Origin: a candidate division WOR-3 bacterium
Lineage (GTDB): Bacteria; Hydrothermota; Hydrothermia; LBFQ01
Assembly (NCBI GenBank): GCA_039802605.1
Contig: JBDRWW010000005.1
Coordinates: forward strand, 32,001 to 96,000
Direction: 5' to 3'
DNA: 64,000 bases
Below the pieces are notes generated by a model that worked only from the letters and a program-made list of their open reading frames with translations, was not told the origin of the DNA and did not search any database. The stretch's first letter is position 1; every line of letters starts with the position of its first letter. Shown here one piece after another: positions 1 through 10,527 of this stretch. The translations under genes and the position numbers were made by a program.

Positions 1-418
1 ATATGGAAATCCCAGTCCTTGAAGGCACATTGTATAAAACTATTGGAATTCCCACCTTTGAGACCTCCCTAAAAAACTCGTAAAGTCCCCTTTGTGAGGT
101 TTTAAGGTAATAGGGGACAACCACGAGGGCGTAATCGTACCCCAGATTATAAACCCTTTCCGTCCACTTTAAAACACTTTTTAAGTTGTTTGTCCCAGTC
201 CCCGCTATAAGTTTTAAACCCTCTGGCGAGTTTTCCTTCAAAACCCTAAAAACCTCATCTTTCTCTTTATCGTCCAACAACGGCGCCTCACCCGTTGTAC
301 CCAAAACGACTACCCCATCCACACCGTTTTTGTGCTGAAACTCCAAGAGTTTGATATACTCTTCAAAGTTTATACTCCCGTCCTCTTTATAAGGTGTTGG
401 TAAGGCCGTCCAAACCAT
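1..418 (-). CDS. dapA: 4-hydroxy-tetrahydrodipicolinate synthase, 5' part (runs off window)
   Basis: Not in ORF track. Manual translation from ATG at 418: MVWTALPTPYKEDG...VVVLGTTGE...LIAGTG...VVVPYY...IPIVLYNVPSRTG, matching DHDPS motifs. Confidence 0.9.
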   Translation of the reverse strand, partial: MVWTALPTPYKEDGSINFEEYIKLLEFQHKNGVDGVVVLGTTGEAPLLDDKEKDEVFRVLKENSPEGLKLIAGTGTNNLKSVLKWTERVYNLGYDYALVVVPYYLKTSQRGLYEFFREVSKVGIPIVLYNVPSRTGISI

Positions 419-490
419 AAACGGGAATTTTAACGGGGATTTGGAAGTCCCATTTAGCAAAAAATCCGGCTTTACAATACCCGCTAACTT

Positions 491-1180
491 ATGAAGCTCC
501 TATACGAAGGGAAATCAAAAAAGGTTTATGAAATCAGCGATAATGAGGTTTTTGTGGAGTTTAAAGATGAGGTTACGGCTTTTAACGCGCAGGTAAAGGC
601 GGAGTTTAAGGGTAAAGGGTATTACACATTCAAAATATCCTCCCTCCTCTTTGAACTCCTGAAAAGCAAGGGAATACCAACACACTACATAGAGCCGGAT
701 ACGAATGGGTTTAAGGCGTATAAGGTTAAAATCCTCCCCGTTGAGGTGGTTTTAAGGAATAGGGCGGCGGGTAGTATCGTTAAAAGGCTTGGTATTCCCG
801 AAAATACGGAGTTCAAACCCCCTCTAATTGAATTTTTCTATAAGTCCGACGAGTTGGGAGACCCATTGGTTTGTAAGGAACACATACTGAGGTTTGGCTG
901 GATGGGCGAGAAGGAGTTAAGGGAGGTTGAGGCATTAGCCTTTGAGATTACGAAAATTCTAACGGACTTTTTCGCCGGGAAAAACCTTCTACTCGTTGAT
1001 ATAAAATACGAATTTGGGATTACAAACGATAACCGTATAGTCCTTGCGGATGAAATAAGTCCGGATACTTTCAGGGTTTGGACGGTAAAGGGTGAGAGCC
1101 TTGACAAGGATGTTTTCAGGAAAGAGGGTAGGAATGTGGTTGAGGTTTATAAAAAGCTTTACGAAACATTGGTGGGGTAA
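491..1180 (+). CDS. purC: phosphoribosylaminoimidazole-succinocarboxamide (SAICAR) synthase
   Basis: [48 protein letters not shown] motifs. Confidence 0.95.
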   Translation: MKLLYEGKSKKVYEISDNEVFVEFKDEVTAFNAQVKAEFKGKGYYTFKISSLLFELLKSKGIPTHYIEPDTNGFKAYKVKILPVEVVLRNRAAGSIVKRLGIPENTEFKPPLIEFFYKSDELGDPLVCKEHILRFGWMGEKELREVEALAFEITKILTDFFAGKNLLLVDIKYEFGITNDNRIVLADEISPDTFRVWTVKGESLDKDVFRKEGRNVVEVYKKLYETLVG

Positions 1181-1185
1181 AATCT

Positions 1186-1668
1186 ATGGAAAGGCCTTTG
1201 GTTTCAATAGTAATGGGCAGCGCATCGGATAAGGATAAAATGGAGGGCGCGGCGGAGGTTTTGAAGGAATTCGGCGTTCCCTTTGAGGTTAAGGTTGTAT
1301 CCGCCCACAGAAGCCCCGATGTCGCTTATGAATACGCGAAAAATGCGAGGGAAAGGGGTATAGAGGTTATAATCGCGGGTGCCGGAGGCGCCGCCCATTT
1401 ACCGGGGGTTTTGGCCGCAATAACAACATTGCCGGTTATAGGGGTACCCATAAACGCATCACCTTTAAACGGCGTTGATTCCCTGTATTCAATAGTTCAA
1501 ATGCCACCCGGAATACCCGTCGCAACCGTTGGTATAGATTCGTCGAGAAATGCGGGGCTCTTGGCGATTAGAATACTGTCCATAAAATACCCGGAATACG
1601 CCGAAAAATTGCAGAAATATGCCGAAAAATTAAGGGAAAAGGTTTTAAACAGCAAGGTGGAATATTAG
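1186..1668 (+). CDS. purE: N5-carboxyaminoimidazole ribonucleotide mutase
   Basis: [39 protein letters not shown]. Confidence 0.97.
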   Translation: MERPLVSIVMGSASDKDKMEGAAEVLKEFGVPFEVKVVSAHRSPDVAYEYAKNARERGIEVIIAGAGGAAHLPGVLAAITTLPVIGVPINASPLNGVDSLYSIVQMPPGIPVATVGIDSSRNAGLLAIRILSIKYPEYAEKLQKYAEKLREKVLNSKVEY

Positions 1669-1729
1669 GGAACGCTTAGGGCTTTTCTTAATCCCGTCTC
1701 TTATAACATTCGTTTTTTATAGTAAGAGT

Positions 1730-3109
1730 TTGGGTTTCTCCTTTGTTTGGGATGATTTGGCAAACTTTAACACCCTTTCGCATATGGCCCTATCCGATGT
1801 CATTAAGCCATCACCCAAAATAATATCTTTGAGTTCCCTCTTTGCCTCAAACTGGCGACCTTTAACAAACGGTTTATTTGTTTTTTTCGGCAACTTTACC
1901 CCCTTCTTCGCCCACTTTGTAAATCTCTTATTCTTCTCCCTCAGCGTTGGGGTTTTATCCCTTTTGATATTCGAATTAACGAAAAATACCGCATCTTCTT
2001 TAACTTTTTCCCTAACGTTCTCCCTACACCCCGCAAGTGTTGAGAGTGCGGTATGGCCTTCATCCTTTTCCCTATATATCCTCCCCTCCCTGTTATCCGT
2101 ATATCTCGCTTTGAAAAATAGAAAATCCTTATCCGCGGTTTTCTACTCGGCTGCCCTACTATTTAAGGAAAGCGCTTTGGCCGTTTTCCCGGTATTATTT
2201 TTTATAACGGGGGGAAAGGGAAAGGTTGTATATACCGCGATAACCGCTTCATATCTCATTTTAAGGCAGTTTGCCGTAGGGGTTATACCATACGAGCAAA
2301 AGCCGCATTATGACATAAACACACTAAGGGACATGCTTTTGGGCTTGGGTTTTTATGTTAAAAGCACCTTCTTCCCCTACCCTTTTAGGGTTTATACCCC
2401 CGATGTTCCAAAGGATTTTTGGGTAATATTGTTCTTGATAATTGGTATAATTGCCTCTTTCTTTCTCTTTTTAAGGTTTAGGGAAACGGGGGTATGGGTT
2501 ATCCTATTCTTTTCAAACCTTTTATTGCACCTTTTGGTTGTGGGTTTTGAGAGGGCGCCTTCCGTACTGTCTTATAGGTATATGGCTTTGAGTTTGGCCG
2601 CACTTGTAATAATTTTGGCGTTAGTGTTTAAGGAAAGGGGGCAGATTTTCTTCTTACCGGTTCTCGGAATATCCTCGGTGTTTTCCTTTAATGTTATGGA
2701 CATTTGGAGGGATAATTTTAACTTTTGGGAAAAGGCTTATGATAACAACCCGGATGACCCAACGGTTTTATTAAACTACGGTTCAACACTGCTTTCAAGG
2801 GGTGATACACTCGGATTAAATTTAATGTGGAAGATAATAAAGGGGAATTATGAAAACGAGGATAAGTTTGATGCCGGTGTAAATATAATGGCTTATCACT
2901 TCAACAAGGGGGATTTTGAAAGATGCCTTGAATTTTCCGACAAAATAAGGTCTTTGGGTGAAAACGATTTGTACTATTACCTCAAAACGTTGTGCGCGTT
3001 AAATGTGGGGGATACGCTTGGGGCAAAGGAGAGTATAAAGGAAGGTATAACAAAATACCCACATAGGCCTGAACTCTTAGACCTGGCCAAAAAATTGGGA
3101 GTTATTTGA
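1730..3109 (+). CDS. polytopic GT-C/TMTC-like membrane protein with C-terminal TPR-like repeats; true start probably upstream (~1664)
   Basis: FVWDD, WRPL, LHP..ES..W, LLFKES and RY motifs, many TM helices, helical C-terminus. An in-frame hydrophobic segment lies upstream of the TTG. Confidence 0.65.
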   Translation: MGFSFVWDDLANFNTLSHMALSDVIKPSPKIISLSSLFASNWRPLTNGLFVFFGNFTPFFAHFVNLLFFSLSVGVLSLLIFELTKNTASSLTFSLTFSLHPASVESAVWPSSFSLYILPSLLSVYLALKNRKSLSAVFYSAALLFKESALAVFPVLFFITGGKGKVVYTAITASYLILRQFAVGVIPYEQKPHYDINTLRDMLLGLGFYVKSTFFPYPFRVYTPDVPKDFWVILFLIIGIIASFFLFLRFRETGVWVILFFSNLLLHLLVVGFERAPSVLSYRYMALSLAALVIILALVFKERGQIFFLPVLGISSVFSFNVMDIWRDNFNFWEKAYDNNPDDPTVLLNYGSTLLSRGDTLGLNLMWKIIKGNYENEDKFDAGVNIMAYHFNKGDFERCLEFSDKIRSLGENDLYYYLKTLCALNVGDTLGAKESIKEGITKYPHRPELLDLAKKLGVI

Positions 3110-3428
3110 CGGATTCGTCAATCCATTTTAAGTAATCCGGGTTTCCGGCAATTATAGGCAGTGCTATTATTTCGGGGACTGTGTATGGATGGTTTTCCTT
3201 TATGGTTTTTTCAAGGGTTTCAAACTTTTCCGTGGATGTCTTTATTATAAGTAGTTCTTCGTCGTCCCTTTCAATGTTTCCCTTCCACCAATAGAAAGAC
3301 CTCAAACCCTTAACCACATTTACGCACGCCGCAACCTTTTCCTTAACGAGGATATCCGCCAACTCCTCCCCTTTGCCCCTTGGGACGGTGCAAAAAACGA
3401 CTATATAATGGATTTCGTTTCTTCCCAT
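3102..3428 (-). CDS. cutA: divalent-cation tolerance protein CutA
   Basis: AACVN, SFYWWKG, E.LLIIKT, HPYTVPEI. Confidence 0.93.
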   Translation of the reverse strand: MGRNEIHYIVVFCTVPRGKGEELADILVKEKVAACVNVVKGLRSFYWWKGNIERDDEELLIIKTSTEKFETLEKTIKENHPYTVPEIIALPIIAGNPDYLKWIDESVK

Positions 3429-4138
3429 AGCTTATCCATCTCCTCCAATGTTAAATCGCTTAAATTCTTGCCCCTTTCCTTGGCGAGTTTCTCCATTAAG
3501 GAAAACCTCTCTATAAACTTTTTATTTGTGAATTTCAGGGAATCCTCGGCGTAATACCCGGCTTTCCTCGCAAACTGCGCCAAGGTAAATAGCAAATCCC
3601 CCAACTCCTTAAACCTATCTTCACCCTTTGAGCTCATAAACTCGGAGAATTCTTCCTCAACCTTTTTTAGGACTTCGTCATCGCTTTTCCAATCAAAACC
3701 AACCCTGGCAACCTTCTCGCCCAAGCGGTGCGCCAAAATTAAGGCCGGCCTTCTAAAATCAATTCCGGAAAGCATACCGTCCTTTTTTGTAATCTCCCAA
3801 TTCCTCAAAAGTTCCTTTATACCCCAACCCCTTTTATCTCCAAATATATGTGGGTGTTTAAACACGAGTTTGTTTTTTGCGTTTTCAATTATTTCCTCTG
3901 CCTTTCCGATACCCTCGTCTTCGGCAATGAAGAGTAGCATAACAACCGTAGCCAACAAATCCCCTATCTCCTCTTTTATCCTGTCCTTATTGTTATCCTC
4001 AACCGCCTCTATGTATTCATAAACCTCTTCCAAAGCCTGATACCTCAAAGAGAAAAGGGTTTGCTGCCTATCCCAAGGGCATTCCCTTCTCAAAACTTTG
4101 ATTATTTCAACGAATTCCGCTAGATTTTTTAATCCCAT
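3401..4138 (-). CDS. mazG: MazG nucleoside triphosphate pyrophosphohydrolase
   Basis: CPWDRQQT, EEVYE, EEIGDLL, HPHIF, GFDW, ELGDLLF; tandem MazG domains. Confidence 0.92.
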   Translation of the reverse strand: MGLKNLAEFVEIIKVLRRECPWDRQQTLFSLRYQALEEVYEYIEAVEDNNKDRIKEEIGDLLATVVMLLFIAEDEGIGKAEEIIENAKNKLVFKHPHIFGDKRGWGIKELLRNWEITKKDGMLSGIDFRRPALILAHRLGEKVARVGFDWKSDDEVLKKVEEEFSEFMSSKGEDRFKELGDLLFTLAQFARKAGYYAEDSLKFTNKKFIERFSLMEKLAKERGKNLSDLTLEEMDKLWEETKSII

Positions 4139-5148
4139 TCCATCACCTTCTTTATAGCCCTCTTTATTCTAAAAGCATCCGGGTGATAATACACCTGTTG
4201 GGCGAAGGGGTATGGGGTATCGTATCCGGTTACCCTAATTATAGGCGCTAAAAGGTATTCTATGGCCTTTTCCGCAACGAATGCGGAAAGTTCGGAGGCC
4301 ATACTCGCTATCTTTGGGGATTCATTAACGACTATTAGCCTACCGGTTTTCGCCACGGAATTCAATATGGCCTCCCTATCAAAGGGTATTATGGTTTGAA
4401 GGTCTATAACCTCAACGGATATACCCTCTTCCCTTTCAATCTCATCCGCCGCTTGCTTTGAAGGATAAACCATATAACCGTATGTTATTATCGTTACATC
4501 CTTTCCTTCCCTAACTATTCTCGCCTTACCAAAGGGTATTGTGTAATCCTCGTCCGGAACCTCCTCCTTAACCGCCATATAAATCTTTTTGGGTTCAAGG
4601 TAAATAACGGGGTCATCCCCCCTTAAAGCCGTTCTCAAAAGACCCTTTGCGTTATAAGGGGTTGAGGGTATTGCTATAAAAACCCCACCCATATGAGCAA
4701 ATATTGCTTCCGGGCTTTGGCTGTGATAATGTCCACCACCTATCCCGCCGCCGTATGGTGCCCTTATTACAACGGGAGCCTTCCACTGGCCTCCCGATCT
4801 ATACCTTATTTTTGATATTTCGCTCATAAGTTGATCAAATCCCGGCCAGATAAAGTCTATAAACTGTATCTCCGCAACGGGTTTTAAACCGTATAAAGCC
4901 ATACCGAAAGCCGCCCCTAAGATCCCGGCTTCGGATAGGGGTGTATCTATAACCCTTTCTTCGCCGAATTCATCTATTAGCCCTTCCGTAACCAGGAAAA
5001 CCCCACCCCTCCTACCCACATCCTCGCCGAGTACAATTATCCTGTCATCCCTACGCATTTCCTCCGCGAGGGTATCCCTTATAGCCTGTCTCAATTGAAC
5101 CGCCTTTTTACTCGTGGGTTGTGCTCCCTCTTCAAGTTTTATTACCAT
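4129..5148 (-). CDS. 2-oxoacid (pyruvate/branched-chain) dehydrogenase E1 beta subunit
   Basis: GEDVG..GGVF..T.GL, DTPLSE, EIQFIDF, HSQSPE, EVIDLQT. Start placed at ATG 5148, 7 nt after TAAAAT, rather than at the longer ORF start. Confidence 0.92.
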   Translation of the reverse strand: MVIKLEEGAQPTSKKAVQLRQAIRDTLAEEMRRDDRIIVLGEDVGRRGGVFLVTEGLIDEFGEERVIDTPLSEAGILGAAFGMALYGLKPVAEIQFIDFIWPGFDQLMSEISKIRYRSGGQWKAPVVIRAPYGGGIGGGHYHSQSPEAIFAHMGGVFIAIPSTPYNAKGLLRTALRGDDPVIYLEPKKIYMAVKEEVPDEDYTIPFGKARIVREGKDVTIITYGYMVYPSKQAADEIEREEGISVEVIDLQTIIPFDREAILNSVAKTGRLIVVNESPKIASMASELSAFVAEKAIEYLLAPIIRVTGYDTPYPFAQQVYYHPDAFRIKRAIKKVMEWD

Positions 5149-5181
5149 AGCGGGAATTTTAAGGGAGTAAAATTCCATCCT

Positions 5182-5210
5182 TTGACAAAAATTAAACACA
5201 CCCTTAGAAT
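5182..5210 (+). promoter_or_regulatory. near-consensus sigma70 promoter TTGACA-N17-TAGAAT
   Basis: TTGACA at 5182-5187, 17-nt spacer, TAGAAT at 5205-5210. Divergent -10 TAAAAT on the minus strand at 5156-5161 serves the E1-beta gene. Confidence 0.8.
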
Positions 5211-5218
5211 ATCGGTAT

Positions 5219-6962
5219 ATAGTAATTGCAACCATTATTTCGGCGGGTTTAATTCTCTCACAGGATTTTGAGGGCGCTTCCCACCTAGCGGGTGGGTAAA
5301 GCTGGATTTGGGCGCAAGTTCTTCGGATGGGTGGAGGAGGGCCAGTTATAAGGCGAGGTCTGGTGTATATTCGGCGACCGTGGTTTATACAACATCTTAC
5401 CAAAACGAATGGTTAATAACCCCCGCACTGGACTTATCAACGGCTACCCATGTTATACTTTGGTTTTATGAGGACGAATACTACTGGGATGGATGGGGTG
5501 AACACCACAGGATAAGGGTTTCAACCACATCCCAAACGGATACCTCAACATTTACAACCGTTTTGGATATGACGCCTTATACCCATAACATCAACGGTTT
5601 CAAAGGGGATCCGGTTGTTGTTGATCTGTCATCGTTTGCCGGAAACTCAACGGTATATGTGGCATTTCAGTATGAAGGTACGGATGCGGATGTTTGGATG
5701 GTGGATGATATAGGCGTATGGGTGGCTCATCCAAACGATGTAAGACCCGTAGCGCTCGTTTCACCTTCGGAGTATGCCCCCTCTTACTTCACGCCAAGGG
5801 TAAGGATTCAAAACTTCGGAGACAACCCACAAAGCAACATACCCATCAGACTCATATTTGAAACATTGGACGGAACACCCGTTTATAATCAGGTGGCAAA
5901 TTATACGGGAACTTTGAACTTTTTCGACACCGCAACCGTTAACTTTCCGACATTCACCGGCTCCGACAACAGGGTTTATAGGTATTACATAATAACCGAG
6001 TTGCCCTCGGATAATTACAGGGGAAACGATACCATTACCGGATATATATATACATACACAACGCCTATGATGGTATTGTTTGAAAGGTTCACCCAGCACA
6101 ACTGTGGCCCTTGCGCCTCGGCGGATCCCTATCAACTCAGCATATACCAATCACATGTGGATACCGCTTATAACATAGGCATGATAACATATCACGCCTG
6201 GTGGCCGGGTTCAAACAACGACCCATTTTATAGATACGATACGATGCCACAAAGGCAGAGGATAATTTATTACGGCGTAAACGCCGTTCCTTGGTTGGTA
6301 TTGAACGGTGTTAACAATGTGGGACCCAATTGGACAACCTGGGCTTCTCAGGTTTCATATGAAGAATCTTACAGGAAAACGCCCGTTGAGTTCAAGTTTG
6401 ATTTATCAAATACCTTTGTGGATTTAAACGGTGATGGTTTTATATCGCTTTGGATTAAGCAGATAGGCGAAATGGTTAATAAACCCTATAAGCTCCGCGC
6501 GGTTATAGTGCAGGATAGCGTCTATTACAACGCCCCCAACGGTACAAATTTCCACATAATGAAGTTCAGGCAGTGGAGGGATACATCCTTTACAGCGTTG
6601 GCTATGGGGGATTCGGTTTATTACAGCATACCTTTTAACCTCGTGGTTCCACCCACATATCCTACGGATCCGGGAATAGAACTTGATAAACTCGTTGCAG
6701 TAGTATTTATACAAAGCGATGACGATAAAAAGGTTTGGGGTGTTGGTACTTTCCCCGTGGGTAGGTTCTTAGGTGTATCCGAAAGTGTATCCAAAAGGTG
6801 TTCTTACCTTCCAAACAAAGGGTTGAGATTAAGGTTTATTCCACTTCCGGTAGGTTGGTAAAGGTATATACAACCGAATTCGCCGGTTGGAAGGAGTTTA
6901 AACCCGTTTTACCAAAAGGTACATATATTGCGGAGGTTAAAGTTGGAGGGAATAAATCTTAG
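5219..6962 (+). pseudogene. secreted cleaved-adhesin-like + Omp28-like CxxC protein with T9SS-like CTD, frameshifted (main ORF 5308-6861)
   Basis: Upstream frame from 5219 reads IVIATIISAGLILSQDFEGA and joins FPPSGW in the -1 frame at ~5278. WLITPALDLS and WMVDDI adhesin-like motifs; ERFTQHNCGPC Omp28-type motif. The CTD (VFLPSKQRVEIKVYSTSGRLVK...LPKGTYIAEVKVGG) lies in another frame at 6798-6962. Confidence 0.7.
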
Positions 6963-7922
6963 CCGTTATTTTTGCTTATTCGTGCAAGAAAAGAGGAGAA
7001 GGTGGAAGCGGGGGTGGGGAGGAACTCCCCTACCCCATCCTTGTGGAACAGGTCACAAATTATCAGTGTACCCCATGTAAGGGGGCAAACGAGGTTATAG
7101 ACTCCTTGGCGGATGCCCATCCCGACAAAATATTCCCAATACGCTACCATGTGAATACCCCTTACCCAGGTGATCCCCTCAACAACGAATACGCCGATAG
7201 TATGGTTTCCTTCCACGGTTTGGATTTGAGTCGTGGTGTTCCTATAACCTTAATAGGAGGTGATTTTGTGGATTACGGATATGACGATAACCAGAGGGCG
7301 GATTATGTTCAGAGGTGGTATAACAGAATAAAGGAAAAGTCCCAAACCCAACCTTACTATAATCCAACGGTTGAACTAATATACGGCGACGGCGCCATTG
7401 ATGTCAGTATTTCTCTTGATAAGCCGCTTCAAAGCGGTGATAATCCAAAGATATTCCTATCGGAATACAATGTTCCCCTACCACCCGGAAGCGAAAAACC
7501 CTATTCCAATTACGCCCTTCGCGGTATGATAAACGGTACAGGTGGAACATTTGTTGTAGATACCGCCTGGGATGTAAATAACCTTTATGTTATTTTTGCG
7601 ATCTTTAACCCCTCAAAACGGGTTGTTGGGTTAAGCAGGGTAAAGGTTTCGAACACATCAAACACCTTTACATTCTACGCTACCGACCCGGTTGTCGATA
7701 CGGTTGATTCGGGTGCAATATCTAAGTTTCATCTATATGCAAAAAACAATACAAATAAGGATCTGGTTATGACCTTAATGATTTCGGGAGTTCCGAGGTT
7801 TTGGAATACCGCCGTATGTTGGGGTATATGTATTTCGGGGAACAGGATAACGGATACCTTATAACACCTACAACCAAAGACTCGGCGAAAGGAGTGTAAA
7901 TTTCAAGGTATATGTCAGATGA
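6956..7922 (+). pseudogene. Omp28-like CxxC lipoprotein with missing start and frameshifted C-terminus (main ORF 7043-7864)
   Basis: In-frame upstream ILAVIFAYSC lipobox-like segment has no ATG/GTG/TTG. VEQVTNYQCTPC, IRYH and GVP motifs. The tail YNTYNQRLGERSVNFKVYVR* is in another frame and ends at TGA 7920-7922, overlapping the next ATG. Confidence 0.65.
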
Positions 7923-8332
7923 TTTGGATATTTATAGGATTTGTTGCAACCGATATATACGGCAACAAAGTGGATTTTGACGGCATAGTTAAAGAAAAGC
8001 ATGTGGTTTTAAACTTCTGGGCTACATGGTGCAATCACTGCGATGAGGAACTTGACAAACTAAACAAGCACTTTTCGGATAGAGACGATATCGTAATTAT
8101 AGCGATTAGTCAGGATACAAAAAGGGACATAGAAAGGGTGAAGAGTATGGCCAAATCCCACGGTTGGAAAATGCCAATAGTGATAGACGACGGTAAAAGG
8201 ATATCATCACAATTTGCCGTATTAGGCCTACCCACGGTTATAATATTTGAAAAGGGTGGGAAATTGAAGAAAAAGGTTTTCGGATACAACCCCAAGATAG
8301 TTGAAATAATAAGGGAAACCCTCAAACTGTGA
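7919..8332 (+). CDS. TlpA/ResA-like thiol-disulfide oxidoreductase
   Basis: VVLNFWATWCNHC, IAISQD, GLPT cis-Pro loop. Confidence 0.9.
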   Translation: MIWIFIGFVATDIYGNKVDFDGIVKEKHVVLNFWATWCNHCDEELDKLNKHFSDRDDIVIIAISQDTKRDIERVKSMAKSHGWKMPIVIDDGKRISSQFAVLGLPTVIIFEKGGKLKKKVFGYNPKIVEIIRETLKL

Positions 8333-9561
8333 TATTCTTTTCCATATACAATTCCTTATGGTTATCCGATAGTGTTCGCAATCTCGGTAAGATTCTATTT
8401 GATTACAATTATGGTAGTTTTGGGTTATCATGCGAGATAAGGGATTATAGGACACCATCTCCTATATATGGCGATACCTATAAACTCAATTTGTTCAAAC
8501 TTTCCGCAAAATATTTCGGAGGGGATTGGGAAATGCACTTGGGCGATAACAACATTACGGCTGGAAGGGGTTTATCGGTTTTTCTCTCATACGATGATAG
8601 GGCGCTTTTGGAGAGCTTCCTAAGGGGTGCATATTTCAGGTGGAGGTTTTTAAACCTGTACGGGGGATTAAAGAGAAAGTGGATATATTTTCAAGGGGAT
8701 AGCGATACCACATATATAGGTGGCGTAAATTTTGATTTCAAAACCTTGGGAATAAATGGAATAAGGTATTTCATAAATTCAAAGGGGGGTTATTTGATCT
8801 CGGGAAACCTGAACGCATCCTTAGGATTATTGAAGGCCTATTTGGAAGGGGCTTATAGGTTTGGATACGACCCAACGGTCTTTGCGGAGGATACCGGTTA
8901 TGGAATTTTCGGCAATTTAACATTTTCTTATGGTGACCTTTCCCTATCCCTTGAAGGTAAAAATTACAAAAGGTTGTATGTGGGATTCAATATACCGGCA
9001 CCCGCAAACGGATACGGACTTTTGCCCACAAACGCCCGTTATGAAAGGGGAGGTTCGGTATACCTGTATTATAAAACCCTATACGCCGAATTTTCAAGGG
9101 GACTTTCAACATTAAACGGCGAGAAGGTTATGGATTTTATAAAACTGCAATATTACACCAATGTTTTAAACGACTTTATAACCTTAAAGGTTTCCGCCCA
9201 TAGATTGTATTGGTTTCAAAATCTTGATGAATATTTGGCCTTTTGGGAAATCAAAACAAAAACGGAACCTTCCTTTATTGGATACTTAGAATATCGTAAA
9301 AGGAAAGGGGATGAACCCTTTGCATCTTTTTCTATACTCTATAAAGGTATAACCCTCGGAATATCCGGCAGATATTATAAATTCCAAAAGAAGAGGGATT
9401 ACCTTCTTGGAATCGCCTACGATAACTACCGCTTCTTAAGGTTATCCCTGAGTTATGGTAGTTTTTCGGGGGATATAGTTTGCTCTTCCGGTGTTTGCAG
9501 GTATGAGCCTCCCTTTAAGGGTTTTAAAGGGGAAATTCAAGTGTCTATAACCCATCCTTAG
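8329..9561 (+). CDS. putative outer-membrane beta-barrel protein (DUF6029-like) with C-terminal CSSGVC motif
   Basis: Alternating aromatic/Gly strands, GRGLS motif, C-terminal GDIVCSSGVCRYEPPFKG. Family assignment from recall, not searched. Confidence 0.6.
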   Translation: MIFFSIYNSLWLSDSVRNLGKILFDYNYGSFGLSCEIRDYRTPSPIYGDTYKLNLFKLSAKYFGGDWEMHLGDNNITAGRGLSVFLSYDDRALLESFLRGAYFRWRFLNLYGGLKRKWIYFQGDSDTTYIGGVNFDFKTLGINGIRYFINSKGGYLISGNLNASLGLLKAYLEGAYRFGYDPTVFAEDTGYGIFGNLTFSYGDLSLSLEGKNYKRLYVGFNIPAPANGYGLLPTNARYERGGSVYLYYKTLYAEFSRGLSTLNGEKVMDFIKLQYYTNVLNDFITLKVSAHRLYWFQNLDEYLAFWEIKTKTEPSFIGYLEYRKRKGDEPFASFSILYKGITLGISGRYYKFQKKRDYLLGIAYDNYRFLRLSLSYGSFSGDIVCSSGVCRYEPPFKGFKGEIQVSITHP

Positions 9562-9582
9562 CATCCTTATAATACCCATTGT

Positions 9583-10527
9583 ATGAAAAAGGTTTTATTG
9601 GTTTTCGGTTTTGCCTCGCCGTTGTTTGCCCAGCCCTTCACATATCTGGGTATAATAGATGGGCAAATGGGTGCCTTCTCGGGTAATAGGAAGGATTCTA
9701 CATATATAACGGGTTCGGGTTCTACCGTAAATACCGCCGTAAAAGCGGAAACACTATTCGTGGATCAGAGTTTCACATACATGGGCTACAACGCAAAGGG
9801 GATACAGAGAAAGGCGTATTACAACGGAAGTCCCTCGCCAATATTTGAAGACACGGTTTACGAGGTTGGCGATACTATGCACAGGTTAATGGTTGTGGGC
9901 AGGTCAAGTAGTTCAACATATGTGAAGGCGGATGTTAAAGCGCTGGTAGTTCCCTTTGTCGTCGGAAATTCCTGGACATTGGGTATAGCGGGCAACACCT
10001 ATGTGGCGGACATTGACGGGGATAACAACTGGGCGAATCCCGACACATTCGTTATAACAAAGGATTCAATGTACGTTGTGTCTATGGGTACCGTTACGGT
10101 TCCGGCCGGAACATTTGACAGCGTATATACCATAAGGTTAAGGCTTGAAGGCAGGCTTTGGTCATCACTCGTATATTCCAACACCGGAAGTTCATCCGCC
10201 GCTTGGTCGGATTCCCTTTATAGGGATTATTACATTTGGTGGAAGCCCGGCCTTGGGTATGTTAAGGATTCAATGTTCCAGTTCGCCAAATGGAGATATC
10301 TCTTTGTTACAATACGTAACTTCTCCTGGGAAACTTCCGAGTTAAACGGTTATTGGGTAGATTTGGCCGAGAAGGGGAAATATCCCGAGTTATCGGGAAA
10401 GGGATACGCGGTTATATACGATATAACGGGTAAAAAGGTGGCGGAAGGTAAAGGTAAAATCTCTCTAAGGAAGGGTATATACTTTATTGTGCAAAAGGGG
10501 AGGGTGTATAAATACATTGTGAAGTGA
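9583..10527 (+). CDS. secreted beta-rich protein with short T9SS-like C-terminal sorting domain
   Basis: Signal peptide MKKVLLVFGFASPLFAQ, DIDGDN Ca-loop, VTVPAGTF motif, CTD-like IYDITGKKV...LRKGIYFIV...KYIVK. Confidence 0.7.
   Translation: MKKVLLVFGFASPLFAQPFTYLGIIDGQMGAFSGNRKDSTYITGSGSTVNTAVKAETLFVDQSFTYMGYNAKGIQRKAYYNGSPSPIFEDTVYEVGDTMHRLMVVGRSSSSTYVKADVKALVVPFVVGNSWTLGIAGNTYVADIDGDNNWANPDTFVITKDSMYVVSMGTVTVPAGTFDSVYTIRLRLEGRLWSSLVYSNTGSSSAAWSDSLYRDYYIWWKPGLGYVKDSMFQFAKWRYLFVTIRNFSWETSELNGYWVDLAEKGKYPELSGKGYAVIYDITGKKVAEGKGKISLRKGIYFIVQKGRVYKYIVK

Noticed and set aside
5149..5403. 84-aa N-terminal extension of the E1-beta ORF
   Set aside because: It is not protein-like, spans the divergent promoters and overlaps the opposite gene; ATG 5148 follows a -10 box.
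5308..8332. Selenocysteine or stop-codon recoding in the redox genes
   Set aside because: All CxxC motifs use Cys codons, and the breaks are frame changes or TAA/TAG stops, not in-frame TGA.
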